DNA from: a virus
Taxonomy: Duplodnaviria > Caudoviricetes
Strand: one strand, 5' to 3'
DNA length: 61,397 bases
IMG/VR virus record: IMGVR_UViG_3300017971_000306
Span: 1-61,397 of that record
This document shows, piece by piece, positions 19,594 through 27,963 of this stretch. The stretch's first letter is position 1, and each line of letters starts with the position of its first letter. The translations under genes were made by a program, and so were the position numbers. The notes beneath the pieces are model-generated. The model worked only from the letters and a program-made list of their open reading frames with translations, was not told where the DNA came from and made no database searches.

Positions 19594-21092
19594 TTCCTCC
19601 CCCATGTTCCGGCTGTTTTCTCAGCTTCCCCAAGATTGTTGAGCTTGTTGAATGCCCCGGAGCACGCATCCACCTGATCCTTGAATGCCGCTCCCGGCCC
19701 AAATGCTTCCATCTCATCCACAAAATCCTGAACCCAAGGCCCTGCGAGCAGTGCCACATTCCCGATCTCCACCTGTGCGGACAGGGGCTGGGCCCGGACA
19801 AACTTGTCACCCGTGGCTGTCTCCCGGAAGGCCGGGAAGCCCTTGAGCATGCGCACAGTGCGCTCGGCTGATTCCTTGCCGCCGCTCCCGGGCTCCTGCT
19901 CTGTCCAGATCTGCACTGTGTATGGTGCGCCGGACCTGTTCTCACGGTCCATCTCCGCAACCTGCAAGATGCGCTTTTCCCGGGACCCGTATGACCACTG
20001 GCCCTTCACAACGTCCTCAATGATGAAGTCAAAGGGGCCATCCTTCATCTTGTGCATGAGCAGGCCTGCGGTCCGGGCTCCCCGGCCCTCACTCCCGGCC
20101 TTGTCCCAATAGCGCACTGACTTCTCAATACTGCGCCGGGAGATAGCCTGTATGATCTTGAGCTCACTGACCTTCATCATCCCGCCACCTCTCGGGCTGG
20201 GCCTCTGCTGTAGCTGTCCGGCTGTGCCGTATGACCCAAGTGACCGCTCCAGCTTCTTGAGCTCAGCATCACCAAATCGGGCCGGACACAGCGGCTGGTC
20301 AGTGCGTCTGCGAGGGTCCTTGAAGCCGAGGGTGGACCGGACCCTGTTGGTGCCCTCATATCGGGCAGGCAGACAAAGGTGGTCCCATTCCTCGGCTTCC
20401 CGCTCAAGCACGTGGCCTGATAGATCCTTCTCATGTACCCTCTGCATAATGATCACATATGCACCTGTCTTCATATCGTTGAGCCGGGAGGACATTGCTT
20501 CATCCCACCAATCGAGGCAGGCCTGTCGAGTGGCCTCAGATTCACCCTGCCTGACATTGTGCGGATCATCCACCACTATTATGTCCCCACCCTCCCCGGT
20601 CAACGCTCCGTCAACGCTAGTGGCCAGCCTGTAGCCATTCTGATTGTTCTCATATCGGGTCTTGGTATTCTGATCACCTACAAGCACGAGATCCGGCTGT
20701 GCCTCATAGAGCAGGTCCTGAAACAGGGGGGAGTTGAAGAGCCTCCGGGCCTTGACGCTATCCCGGGTGCTGAGGGTCTGCGCATAGGATGCAAACAGCC
20801 ACTGCCGCTCCGGGTGCTGTAGCCAATCCCAGATCGGCCAGAACACCGAGACAATCAATGACTTGCTATGGCGTGGTGGGATATTGATGAGAAGCCGCTT
20901 GACGGTCCCGGCTGAGACAGCCTCCAGATGATTGCACATAGCCTCGATATGCCAGCCCGGGACATAATCACGTTTTTCAACCACCTTCCAGAACAGCCGG
21001 ACAAAGTGGCTCAGGCTCACGAGGGCCAAAGCCTTGTCTATAGGGTCAAGGGCACGCAGGGGCTTTCTCCGGGAGGGGGTGATTGTTCTCAT
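19590..21092 (-). CDS. terL: Terminase large subunit
   Basis: LLINIPPRHSKS Walker A-like, IIVVDDP Walker B, IIMQRVHEKD, QQRP linker, YWDKA...DQVDA RNase H-like nuclease. Confidence 0.95.
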   Translation of the reverse strand: MRTITPSRRKPLRALDPIDKALALVSLSHFVRLFWKVVEKRDYVPGWHIEAMCNHLEAVSAGTVKRLLINIPPRHSKSLIVSVFWPIWDWLQHPERQWLFASYAQTLSTRDSVKARRLFNSPLFQDLLYEAQPDLVLVGDQNTKTRYENNQNGYRLATSVDGALTGEGGDIIVVDDPHNVRQGESEATRQACLDWWDEAMSSRLNDMKTGAYVIIMQRVHEKDLSGHVLEREAEEWDHLCLPARYEGTNRVRSTLGFKDPRRRTDQPLCPARFGDAELKKLERSLGSYGTAGQLQQRPSPRGGGMMKVSELKIIQAISRRSIEKSVRYWDKAGSEGRGARTAGLLMHKMKDGPFDFIIEDVVKGQWSYGSREKRILQVAEMDRENRSGAPYTVQIWTEQEPGSGGKESAERTVRMLKGFPAFRETATGDKFVRAQPLSAQVEIGNVALLAGPWVQDFVDEMEAFGPGAAFKDQVDACSGAFNKLNNLGEAEKTAGTWGRK

Positions 21093-21331
21093 CCTGCAAG
21101 GCCCTCCCAACGGTACACATCAGTCACATCGTGCACATGCGATGTGTGCGATGCTAGAATGTGTATTTGCGCAAAAGGGGCTAGCCGGGAGCGGTCCACA
21201 TCGTTCACATCATACACATGCGATGTTATCAATGTGCTCAATGTGTACTCGGGCCAGAAGCTGGATTTTGGGGGAGGGGTCATTGATAGCATCAGTAGCA
21301 TTAATGGTATTGATGTGTACTTTGCGATCAT
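21089..21331 (-). CDS. Possible 80-aa bridging ORF overlying the dyad array
   Basis: ATGA overlaps with both the terS stop and the terL start; internal repeat TSHVYDVNDV/TSHVHDVTDV. Confidence 0.35.
   Translation of the reverse strand: MIAKYTSIPLMLLMLSMTPPPKSSFWPEYTLSTLITSHVYDVNDVDRSRLAPFAQIHILASHTSHVHDVTDVYRWEGLAG
21116..21317. repeat. Three dyad-symmetric CACAT/ATGTG arrays with 9-bp periodicity, candidate packaging (pac-like) site
   Basis: CACAT at 21116/21125/21134 and 21197/21206/21215, each set followed by GCG and mirrored ATGTG-like copies; a degenerate third unit at 21279-21317; centres about 81 bp apart. Confidence 0.75.
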
Positions 21332-21945
21332 GAGGCTTTCCTCCCGGCTACCAGCTCAAGCTTTTTGCCATTCATCTCGATCACACCCCCGGAGGCCTCG
21401 GAGATCTCCTTCAGCTGTTCCAGCTTTTCCCGGCCCAGCTTGGTCAGATCGAGGACCAGCGAATGGTCATGTTTGTGGTCCACCCTTCCCTCATGAATTT
21501 GCTTCTGAATGTTCTGCCACCGATCCGGGTGCCTGTTGCATAGCCAAAAGCAGATAGCCGCCACGTCAGGTGCGAGCATTTTCTTGGTGGTCCGGACCTT
21601 GGTTGCCGGCAGGGACACCTTGGCATCTCCCTTGCCCTGAGTCAGCATGATTTCCTCAACTGTGATCTCATCATATTCATAGCCGAGTGCTCGTTGCAGG
21701 AGGGACCGCTCAACATGTTCGGAATCAAACTTGTCACGGCCTCTTTTTATGGCATCCGCAAACTGTGTGTGGCGCACCATCCACTCACCAATAGTTGAAG
21801 TTGCTACACCCAGCACCTTTGCCAGCTTCCCGTTTGTGGCTCCTGTCTCTCCCACTACCCTCTCTGCTAGGTCGCATATGGCAGGGTCATAGGTTGAGGG
21901 TCTGCCTCCCTTGTTCTGCTTCTCGGGCATCTTTGTCCGTGGCAT
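21328..21945 (-). CDS. terS: Terminase small subunit
   Basis: GGRPSTYDP...LAKVLGVATSTIGEW HTH, VERSLLQRALGY, PDVAAICFWLCNRHPDRW; upstream of terL. Confidence 0.9.
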   Translation of the reverse strand: MPRTKMPEKQNKGGRPSTYDPAICDLAERVVGETGATNGKLAKVLGVATSTIGEWMVRHTQFADAIKRGRDKFDSEHVERSLLQRALGYEYDEITVEEIMLTQGKGDAKVSLPATKVRTTKKMLAPDVAAICFWLCNRHPDRWQNIQKQIHEGRVDHKHDHSLVLDLTKLGREKLEQLKEISEASGGVIEMNGKKLELVAGRKAS

Positions 21946-21949
21946 AGTC

Positions 21950-22420
21950 ACTCTCACATTGTACATTCACTCGGGTCTCAAAACTGGCAGGAGGATAGCC
22001 CGAAAGGGCTAGTCACGGAAGATGAATTTTACCATACCACATTCTCGTAAAAGAGAAGGGTGCAACTATCTTATTGATCTTCAACGGTTTAACATGCAGT
22101 CACGAAAGCAAAAATTCAACTACGTTTTTTCTCGACTATGAGGCAAACATCCGATATACTGTTTGTCTATGGGGTGAATTGGTCTTTTCTCGGAAAGGAG
22201 AACAACGTTGCAAGTTTGTTCTCGTTTTTTAGAAAAAGTTGGTGAAATGCCGTATAAGGAAAAATGCACGAAAAAAAAGTTCAAAAAAGTTTAGTCCAAC
22301 GGGCTTGGGAGAAATAGTTGAATGAAAAAAAGAATGAACTTTTTTAGTGCAATAAACTCAACAAACGGTATGATTCTAGCTCTATTCTACACCCATGACC
22401 ACAAGACACACAAACAAGGA
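21950..22420. promoter_or_regulatory. AT-rich divergent control region between the virion and early arms
   Basis: Strand switch; A-tracts at about 22259-22292; TATGAT near 22370 (+); TGTACAAT extended -10-like on the minus strand near 21958-21965; TAGCCC-GAAA-GGGCTA hairpin at 21996-22011. Confidence 0.65.
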
Positions 22421-22429
22421 GAGAAACAC

Positions 22430-22700
22430 AACAACAGCGGGGAAGCGTTCCGGCCTCAACGTGACGAGGCAAGAGCGGCTGGACAACCCTTCTACCGGAT
22501 GCCGAAAGGACACGGCTCTGGTGGATGTTATCGGCCCAGCCAACACGGCTCAATAGCTAGAACAGGAACACTCGCCATATCAGCCGCCGATCAGAGGGGA
22601 TCGGGTCGAAACAGAAAGGCTGTGAAAGTCAAGACGCTATCGGAAAGCGGAACACCCTACAGGAGAGGCTAAGCAGAAACAGCCCCGAGCCGGAGGACCG
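22430..22700 (+). ncRNA. Candidate structured RNA / long 5' leader
   Basis: Successive stem-loops with G-U-tolerant pairing and several GAAA motifs; no convincing ORF; no known family recognised. Confidence 0.35.
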
Positions 22701-22794
22701 GGACCCAACCAACCCTATAGGACCGCATTCAAGCCGAGAGGGGAGCGGAAACAGAGTACAGACAAACGAAACAAGCCCAAAAGGAGTACAGACC

Positions 22795-22902
22795 ATGAAG
22801 GCTTTTTTGAGACGCTGGCGCTTGATGCGCTGGAGGATGATCCCGGTGAGGAACATCGGTGATTGGATGAAGAAACAAGATCAACTCGCAAACATTATAT
22901 GA
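22795..22902 (+). CDS. Small early protein (35 aa)
   Basis: MKAFLRRWRLMRWRM..., directly after an exact GGAGTACAGAC motif. Confidence 0.5.
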   Translation: MKAFLRRWRLMRWRMIPVRNIGDWMKKQDQLANII

Positions 22903-23131
22903 ACGCACCACGGAGCCCCGGGGGATCACCTCCGGGGCTCGGAGATTGAGCATGAAGGTTTATGCAAAACCCGCCACGGAGAACAGAGAGCAGAGGACAC
23001 GTGAAACACGTTGGATGGAACCAGTCAACGCTACATGGACGATGCTTCAAAACGACACGCTGGACCCGAGGAACACCCGGGGCCGGATCGGAAGGTGGGA
23101 GCCGAGGAACAACTAACACAGGAGTACAGCC

Positions 23132-23329
23132 GTGAAATACTACATCAATCGCATGAACGTCACCCGGGCCGAGGTTGTTGAGGCCCTCACCGAGGAGTAC
23201 ATGACCCCGGAGATGAGGCTGAGGGAGTTGGAGAGGAAAGCCCGGGCCGAGGGAAGGGCTCAGACAGACCTTTACGTGGATGCCCCGGCTGGTGGTTCAG
23301 TCAGGATGATTATCACAGTTACAGCGTAA
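23132..23329 (+). CDS. Early hypothetical protein
   Basis: GGAGTACAGCC then GTG start. Confidence 0.7.
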   Translation: MKYYINRMNVTRAEVVEALTEEYMTPEMRLRELERKARAEGRAQTDLYVDAPAGGSVRMIITVTA

Positions 23330-23351
23330 CACAAAACGAGGAGTACAGACG

Positions 23352-23747
23352 ATGACGAAAACAGAAATACAACGCAGGGCACGGATGATCAGGAAGCTCA
23401 CAGGCTACAGGGCCGGATACATATGGGAAGCGCAGGGAGCCCGGGAGGAGCACGGGGAATGGGACGTCAACGGGATCTTGAATCAGGATGCCCCTTCTGA
23501 GATCATAGACAGCTGGGCCGGGGATCTCCTCACGTGGGATGATCTCCTGAAGGACCTTGTCCCCGGGATTCAGGTTGACTGCTACGTCACTGAGATCGTG
23601 GACATTCAGTATCAACACACCGAGCTGATCACAAACGTGTACTTTTGCATCGGCACCAAGGAGGATGAGGACATGGGGTGGTTCCAAGAGGTTTGCGGAG
23701 CCAAGCACATGGTCAATTTCAAGACTGGGGAAGTCACGAGAGTTTAA
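23352..23747 (+). CDS. Early hypothetical protein
   Basis: Leader motif then ATG; 131 aa. Confidence 0.75.
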   Translation: MTKTEIQRRARMIRKLTGYRAGYIWEAQGAREEHGEWDVNGILNQDAPSEIIDSWAGDLLTWDDLLKDLVPGIQVDCYVTEIVDIQYQHTELITNVYFCIGTKEDEDMGWFQEVCGAKHMVNFKTGEVTRV

Positions 23748-23801
23748 CAGAACAGCCGGAGCCCCGGAACACCCGGGGCTCCTCAATCGAGGAGTACAGA
23801 C

Positions 23802-24011
23802 ATGAAAGGCAAAGTCACTATTTGGAAGGAATCAGACACGCTCGTGGACAGGGCCGAGATGACCTTTGAAGAGGGCAAGGCCTTGGCTATCAAGAAGGCC
23901 AAGGAGATGAGTCACCCCGGAAGGATCGCAAGCGTGGATCTGGTGTTTGCCGGGGCCGGGACCTTCCGCACGATGAAGGTTTGGGCCGATGGAGAAACAT
24001 GTGAATTCTAA
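23802..24011 (+). CDS. Early hypothetical protein
   Basis: Hairpin, leader motif, ATG. Confidence 0.75.
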   Translation: MKGKVTIWKESDTLVDRAEMTFEEGKALAIKKAKEMSHPGRIASVDLVFAGAGTFRTMKVWADGETCEF

Positions 24012-24026
24012 TCAAGGAGTACAGAC

Positions 24027-24266
24027 ATGAGCAAAGCAATTCAACCGATACTATCACACCCGGGAATCAAGCCGAGGCCGAGGCCCGTGGACTTCACCGA
24101 TTATGGCTGGTTTGTAGCGCAGGTTTGTCAGCTTTCAGCTGACGAGATCCGCAAGCAGATATCAGCCCGTTGCCTGTTCGCCAAGAGGACAAAGCGGATG
24201 GGGGCCGTGGGACTGGTTCAGCACGATTACAAGTTTGACGAGATGGGGCAGTTGGTAACAGACTAA
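24027..24266 (+). CDS. Early hypothetical protein
   Basis: Leader motif then ATG. Confidence 0.7.
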   Translation: MSKAIQPILSHPGIKPRPRPVDFTDYGWFVAQVCQLSADEIRKQISARCLFAKRTKRMGAVGLVQHDYKFDEMGQLVTD

Positions 24267-24280
24267 ACAGGAGACAGACG

Positions 24281-24526
24281 ATGACAGTTGGTGAACTGAA
24301 AGAAGCAATTGAGGATCTGGAGCGGATGGAAGGTGAGAAGGTGTTGGACATGGAGGTCTATGCGGTGTATGACTATGGCGACCACTGCCACACGAGGGCT
24401 TTGGTTGACTTCCGGGAGGCCGAGGTGAGGGTGCCCTATGAGACAGCCTACAGCGACACCGGGAAGGCCGTGAAAATGTATCCGGAGGATGATGAAGAAG
24501 GAACAGAAGCAGTTGTATTGAGCTAA
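24281..24526 (+). CDS. Early hypothetical protein (MTVGELKEAIE type)
   Basis: Variant leader motif; common phage N-terminus. Confidence 0.75.
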   Translation: MTVGELKEAIEDLERMEGEKVLDMEVYAVYDYGDHCHTRALVDFREAEVRVPYETAYSDTGKAVKMYPEDDEEGTEAVVLS

Positions 24527-24550
24527 CACACGAAAACAGGAGTACAGACA

Positions 24551-25615
24551 ATGACTAATGGCGACATAACCAAGAAGATCATGAAGGTGGTAAACAACAA
24601 CGATATCAGCAACGAGGATATGGCCAAGAAGGTCAGGCCGCTTCTGGGACAATTCCCGCTGTCCTCGCACAAGCTGGTCTATGATCAGGACATACAGGAT
24701 CTCCCGGAGGATCGCAAAGCGGCTCTGCTGGAGGTCTGCGCTGACTCGGACAAGGAGAAAGTGGAGCGTGGGATTGAGGCAACCATGGCTGATTTCGGGG
24801 CTAGCCGGGAACAGGCCGAGGGGATGTTCAGCCTGCCTTGGGGCCGCTACACCGGAGAGGCCAAGAAGGCCCCGGCCAAGAAGGCCGCACCCAAGAAGTC
24901 AAAGCGCACAAAACACCCCGAGCCGGAAACACCCAAAAAGGAGGTCAAGAAGATGAACGGTGATTGGACAGTCAACGCTGGAGAGGGTGATGAGGTTGTA
25001 CGGGTCACGGCCAATGAGCGGATTGCTCTGGACATAGCCCGCAACTATGACAGCCGGGAGGCCCAGCTGAGCGACAACTACAGCAACCTCACCGGGGCTG
25101 ATCTCATCGCCAACACGGGCTGGAGCCCGCAGAAGGCCGGAGGGGTGATTCACTCGATCATCAAGAAGGGGCTTGCCTGGCAGGATAGAACAGCCGATGT
25201 CGGCAAAGACATAGTATGGCTCACGGACAAGGGTGTTCATGTCATATTCAACATCCTCGACACCGAGAAGGCCAAGCAGGGAGAAAAGGCCGAGCCGAAA
25301 AAGGAGACAACAGAGGAGTTCAACGCCCGGAGGAAAGCCGAGCACGCCAAGAGGGCCGCTGAACAGCAGGAGCAGAACCAACTCCACTGGGAGGTCCGGA
25401 AAGAGCTCAACACGCTCAGGACTGCGGTTGATGCGGGACCTATCGAGCAGGAATGGTGCGACAAGCTGAGCCTCACGATCTGCAAAGCCAAGATGATCAA
25501 GGGCTCCAAGCTTCACGAACAGCTGAGCACGGTTTGGACCTCCTCCCGGTGTGCCAACCGGGAGTTGATCAAACTCACGCTGGGACTGATCACAGGTGAA
25601 GAGTTCAGAATGTAA
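24551..25615 (+). CDS. Multi-domain early protein with probable winged-helix domain
   Basis: LIANTGWSPQKAGGVIHSIIKKGLAW...VWLTDKG wHTH-like segment; Lys/Ala/Pro linker. Confidence 0.65.
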   Translation: MTNGDITKKIMKVVNNNDISNEDMAKKVRPLLGQFPLSSHKLVYDQDIQDLPEDRKAALLEVCADSDKEKVERGIEATMADFGASREQAEGMFSLPWGRYTGEAKKAPAKKAAPKKSKRTKHPEPETPKKEVKKMNGDWTVNAGEGDEVVRVTANERIALDIARNYDSREAQLSDNYSNLTGADLIANTGWSPQKAGGVIHSIIKKGLAWQDRTADVGKDIVWLTDKGVHVIFNILDTEKAKQGEKAEPKKETTEEFNARRKAEHAKRAAEQQEQNQLHWEVRKELNTLRTAVDAGPIEQEWCDKLSLTICKAKMIKGSKLHEQLSTVWTSSRCANRELIKLTLGLITGEEFRM

Positions 25616-25666
25616 CATACAACCCGGGCCGGGGGATCTCCTCCGGCCCACAACAGGAGATGACTC

Positions 25667-26056
25667 ATGAGCAGTTATTTCGACCAACTCAACAATCGGG
25701 TAGTGGGGGAGGATGTGGATGGCGTCATCCATGTAGAGCAGGAAATGATCCGGGAGGTTTTACTGGTCACAGGTGATCGTGAATTCCCGGAGGATCTGCG
25801 ACAGAAGGCCGTGGCCCTGATCGGAACATGGGCCGTGGAATCCAAGCTGGAGGAGTTTGTGCCGGGGATCGGGCCGAGCCCGGGTGTCAAGCATTTCAAG
25901 GTCATGGGGTACAGCCGCCTGATTCACGAGATGCACAGCCTGTTCCACGAGGTGGCCAGCAGGGAAATCAAGACCCGCTTTGGCAGGTTTGGGGACAGGC
26001 CCAACCTGACCCTGAAACAGCGGGACAACTGGATCAAGGAAACATTTGAGGACTAA
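25667..26056 (+). CDS. Hypothetical protein
   Basis: Hairpin, AGGAG RBS, ATG. Confidence 0.7.
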   Translation: MSSYFDQLNNRVVGEDVDGVIHVEQEMIREVLLVTGDREFPEDLRQKAVALIGTWAVESKLEEFVPGIGPSPGVKHFKVMGYSRLIHEMHSLFHEVASREIKTRFGRFGDRPNLTLKQRDNWIKETFED

Positions 26057-26109
26057 CAGAACAGGGGCCGGGGGATCACCTCCCGGCCCCGCCAACAGGA
26101 GGGCTAATC

Positions 26110-26715
26110 ATGCCGAGAGTACACAGAGTTGAAAGAGCACGCAAACCCAACGCAGTAGTGACAGCACAAGACATCGAGGATGCCAAGAGCGGCAAGCGGC
26201 CTGATGCGGCCAGCTATTACCACTGGTCATTCAGGTACGGTGGCAAGCACGTCAGCAAAACCTATCCCAAGCAGAGCCAGCTCACCCAGAGTGAGTTTTT
26301 GGGGGCCATATACGGGTTGGCCGAGGATCTTGAGGCCCTGTCAGAGCAGAACAGCTTTGAGGAGATCCGGGAGGCCGTGGAGGATGCCAAGAGCACCCTT
26401 GAGGAGCAGAGGGATGAGTGCGAGAGCAAACGGGACAGCATGCCGTATCAGCTTCAAGACTCCGAGACAGGGGAGTTGCTGGAACAGCGGGGCCAGTACT
26501 GCGAGGAGATGATACAAGAGTTGGACGGCATCGAGATCCCCGGGGATGATGAGGCCCGGGAGGAGGTCCTGCCGGAGGCCGAGGCCGAGTTGCCTGACGA
26601 GGAGGACATTGAGGACCGTGAGGCATATCTGGACAATCTGGTTGAGGAAAAGCTCAACGAGAGGAAACAGCAGGTGATTGACGAGATTCAGGCTGTTGAA
26701 TACCAAGGTGAATGA
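26110..26715 (+). CDS. Hypothetical protein (basic N-terminus, acidic helical C-terminus)
   Basis: Hairpin and GGAGG RBS; 201 aa. Confidence 0.75.
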   Translation: MPRVHRVERARKPNAVVTAQDIEDAKSGKRPDAASYYHWSFRYGGKHVSKTYPKQSQLTQSEFLGAIYGLAEDLEALSEQNSFEEIREAVEDAKSTLEEQRDECESKRDSMPYQLQDSETGELLEQRGQYCEEMIQELDGIEIPGDDEAREEVLPEAEAELPDEEDIEDREAYLDNLVEEKLNERKQQVIDEIQAVEYQGE

Positions 26716-26901
26716 GGAGGTGATACACTTGAGCGTTGTAATCGGATATGTGTTGGAAGCCGCTTGTTGGTTCCAGCTGTGTATGCTGTGCCTGATCTGG
26801 GCCGCATACGCCAAGGAAAACATTGAGCGGGAAAGGGCCGAGGAGGAGGAGCCCCGGGGCATATCAGTCAGGTTGGAAAAACCATAACAGGAGGGCCTGA
26901 A

Positions 26902-27093
26902 ATGGCTGGAGCAAAAACAAAGGTGGATCAGCACGTTTATTGGGGCGTGCCTGACTTCCCCAAAGTGGTCAAAGATGAGTTCATTTGGCTCTGCAAGATC
27001 GAGGGGAAGGACTACAAGAGGGTGTTGGCCAGTATGGTCAAGGCCTTTAACCACGAACACGGCAAGGAGATCAGGCGTGCTCGCAAAACGTAA
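26902..27093 (+). CDS. Small protein, possible ribbon-helix-helix regulator
   Basis: GGAGG RBS; short strand followed by two predicted helices (VVKDEFIWLCKIEG, YKRVLASMVKAF). Confidence 0.5.
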   Translation: MAGAKTKVDQHVYWGVPDFPKVVKDEFIWLCKIEGKDYKRVLASMVKAFNHEHGKEIRRARKT

Positions 27094-27117
27094 CCACACA
27101 AAATGAGGAGTACAGAC

Positions 27118-27639
27118 ATGACACAAACGCAGATGCAAACAGAGATCCTTTTCAAGGATCACGTGAACATGATCCGGGACAGGGCATGGAGTTTTCACAA
27201 CACCACCGGATTGGACTATGATGAGCTGTTTTCCGAGGGTCTTGTGATCTTCATGAAGGCAGTTCAGGCTTGGGATGGCAAGCGCAAATTCAGCACGGTG
27301 TTCTACCGGATACTGAACAATGAATTCAGCACGTTCATCCGGAAGATGGATGCCTGTCCCGAGATGGAAGCCGACACCCTGCCGGCAAGGGTCCCCAACC
27401 CTCGTCAGGCCCTCCAGTGGAAGGAAAAGCTGGAGCACTTCCTGACAGGGCTATCGGGGGAAGCCCGACATGTGGCAAAGCTGGTCCTGAACGGGCCTGC
27501 GGAGGCCATTGGGATCATCGGCACGGAGCCTCCCCGGGTTGTCCGGGGGGCAATCCACCGCTATCTGGTCCGGGACCGGGGAGTGTCCCACCAGAAGGCA
27601 TGGGCTGTTCTGAAGGAGTTGAGGGAGGCAATGTCATGA
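27118..27639 (+). CDS. Phage sigma-70-like factor
   Basis: LDYDELFSEGLVIFMKAVQAWDGKRKFSTVFYRILNNE resembles sigma region 2; LSGEARHVAKL resembles the start of region 4; leader motif sets the start at 27118. Confidence 0.75.
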   Translation: MTQTQMQTEILFKDHVNMIRDRAWSFHNTTGLDYDELFSEGLVIFMKAVQAWDGKRKFSTVFYRILNNEFSTFIRKMDACPEMEADTLPARVPNPRQALQWKEKLEHFLTGLSGEARHVAKLVLNGPAEAIGIIGTEPPRVVRGAIHRYLVRDRGVSHQKAWAVLKELREAMS

Positions 27640-27926
27640 GCGTCAAGCTGAAGAACAGCCACACAATACAGGAGGTCCGGTACAACACGGACAGGCACAC
27701 CCGAGAAAAGGACCCCGGGCTGGCTGACGTGTTTCCGGATCTGCCGGCAACGCTCCTTGGGATAGCCGAGAGGATGGTGCAGGAGGCTGTTGAGGCCTTC
27801 TGCGGCCTCCGGCCCGGGAGCGCAGAGACAGTTGACACAGTCATAACAGAGAAGGGAATCACATTCATTGGAAGGACACCCGGGGTCATCAGACGCTGGG
27901 AAGCAGATTACATTATCAACCGATAA
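27636..27926 (+). CDS. Hypothetical protein
   Basis: ATGA overlap with the sigma-like gene. Confidence 0.6.
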   Translation: MSVKLKNSHTIQEVRYNTDRHTREKDPGLADVFPDLPATLLGIAERMVQEAVEAFCGLRPGSAETVDTVITEKGITFIGRTPGVIRRWEADYIINR

Positions 27927-27963
27927 AACCCCACTGGGGTGACCGGAACAGGAGAGTACAGAC

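Larger units (their letters stand above)
22913..26090 (+). repeat. Family of related GC-rich intergenic hairpins (loops GATCAC/AACAC/GATCTC)
   Basis: 22913-22940, 23758-23782, 25626-25649, 26064-26090, weaker at 23062-23086; all intergenic and without U-tracts. Confidence 0.8.
22783..27117 (+). repeat. Dispersed GGAGTACAGAC leader motif before early gene starts
   Basis: Exact copies at 22783, 23340, 23791, 24016, 24539, 27107; variants at 23121, 24270, 27951, 30171, 33698; each 0-1 nt from a start codon. Confidence 0.9.

Noticed and set aside
21985-22025. c-di-GMP riboswitch around the GAAA hairpin
   Set aside because: The flanking conserved elements and second stem are absent.
22783-27117. 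Repeated motifs and hairpins as a CRISPR array
   Set aside because: Repeats are about 11 nt or variable hairpins separated by whole genes, and no cas genes were recognised.
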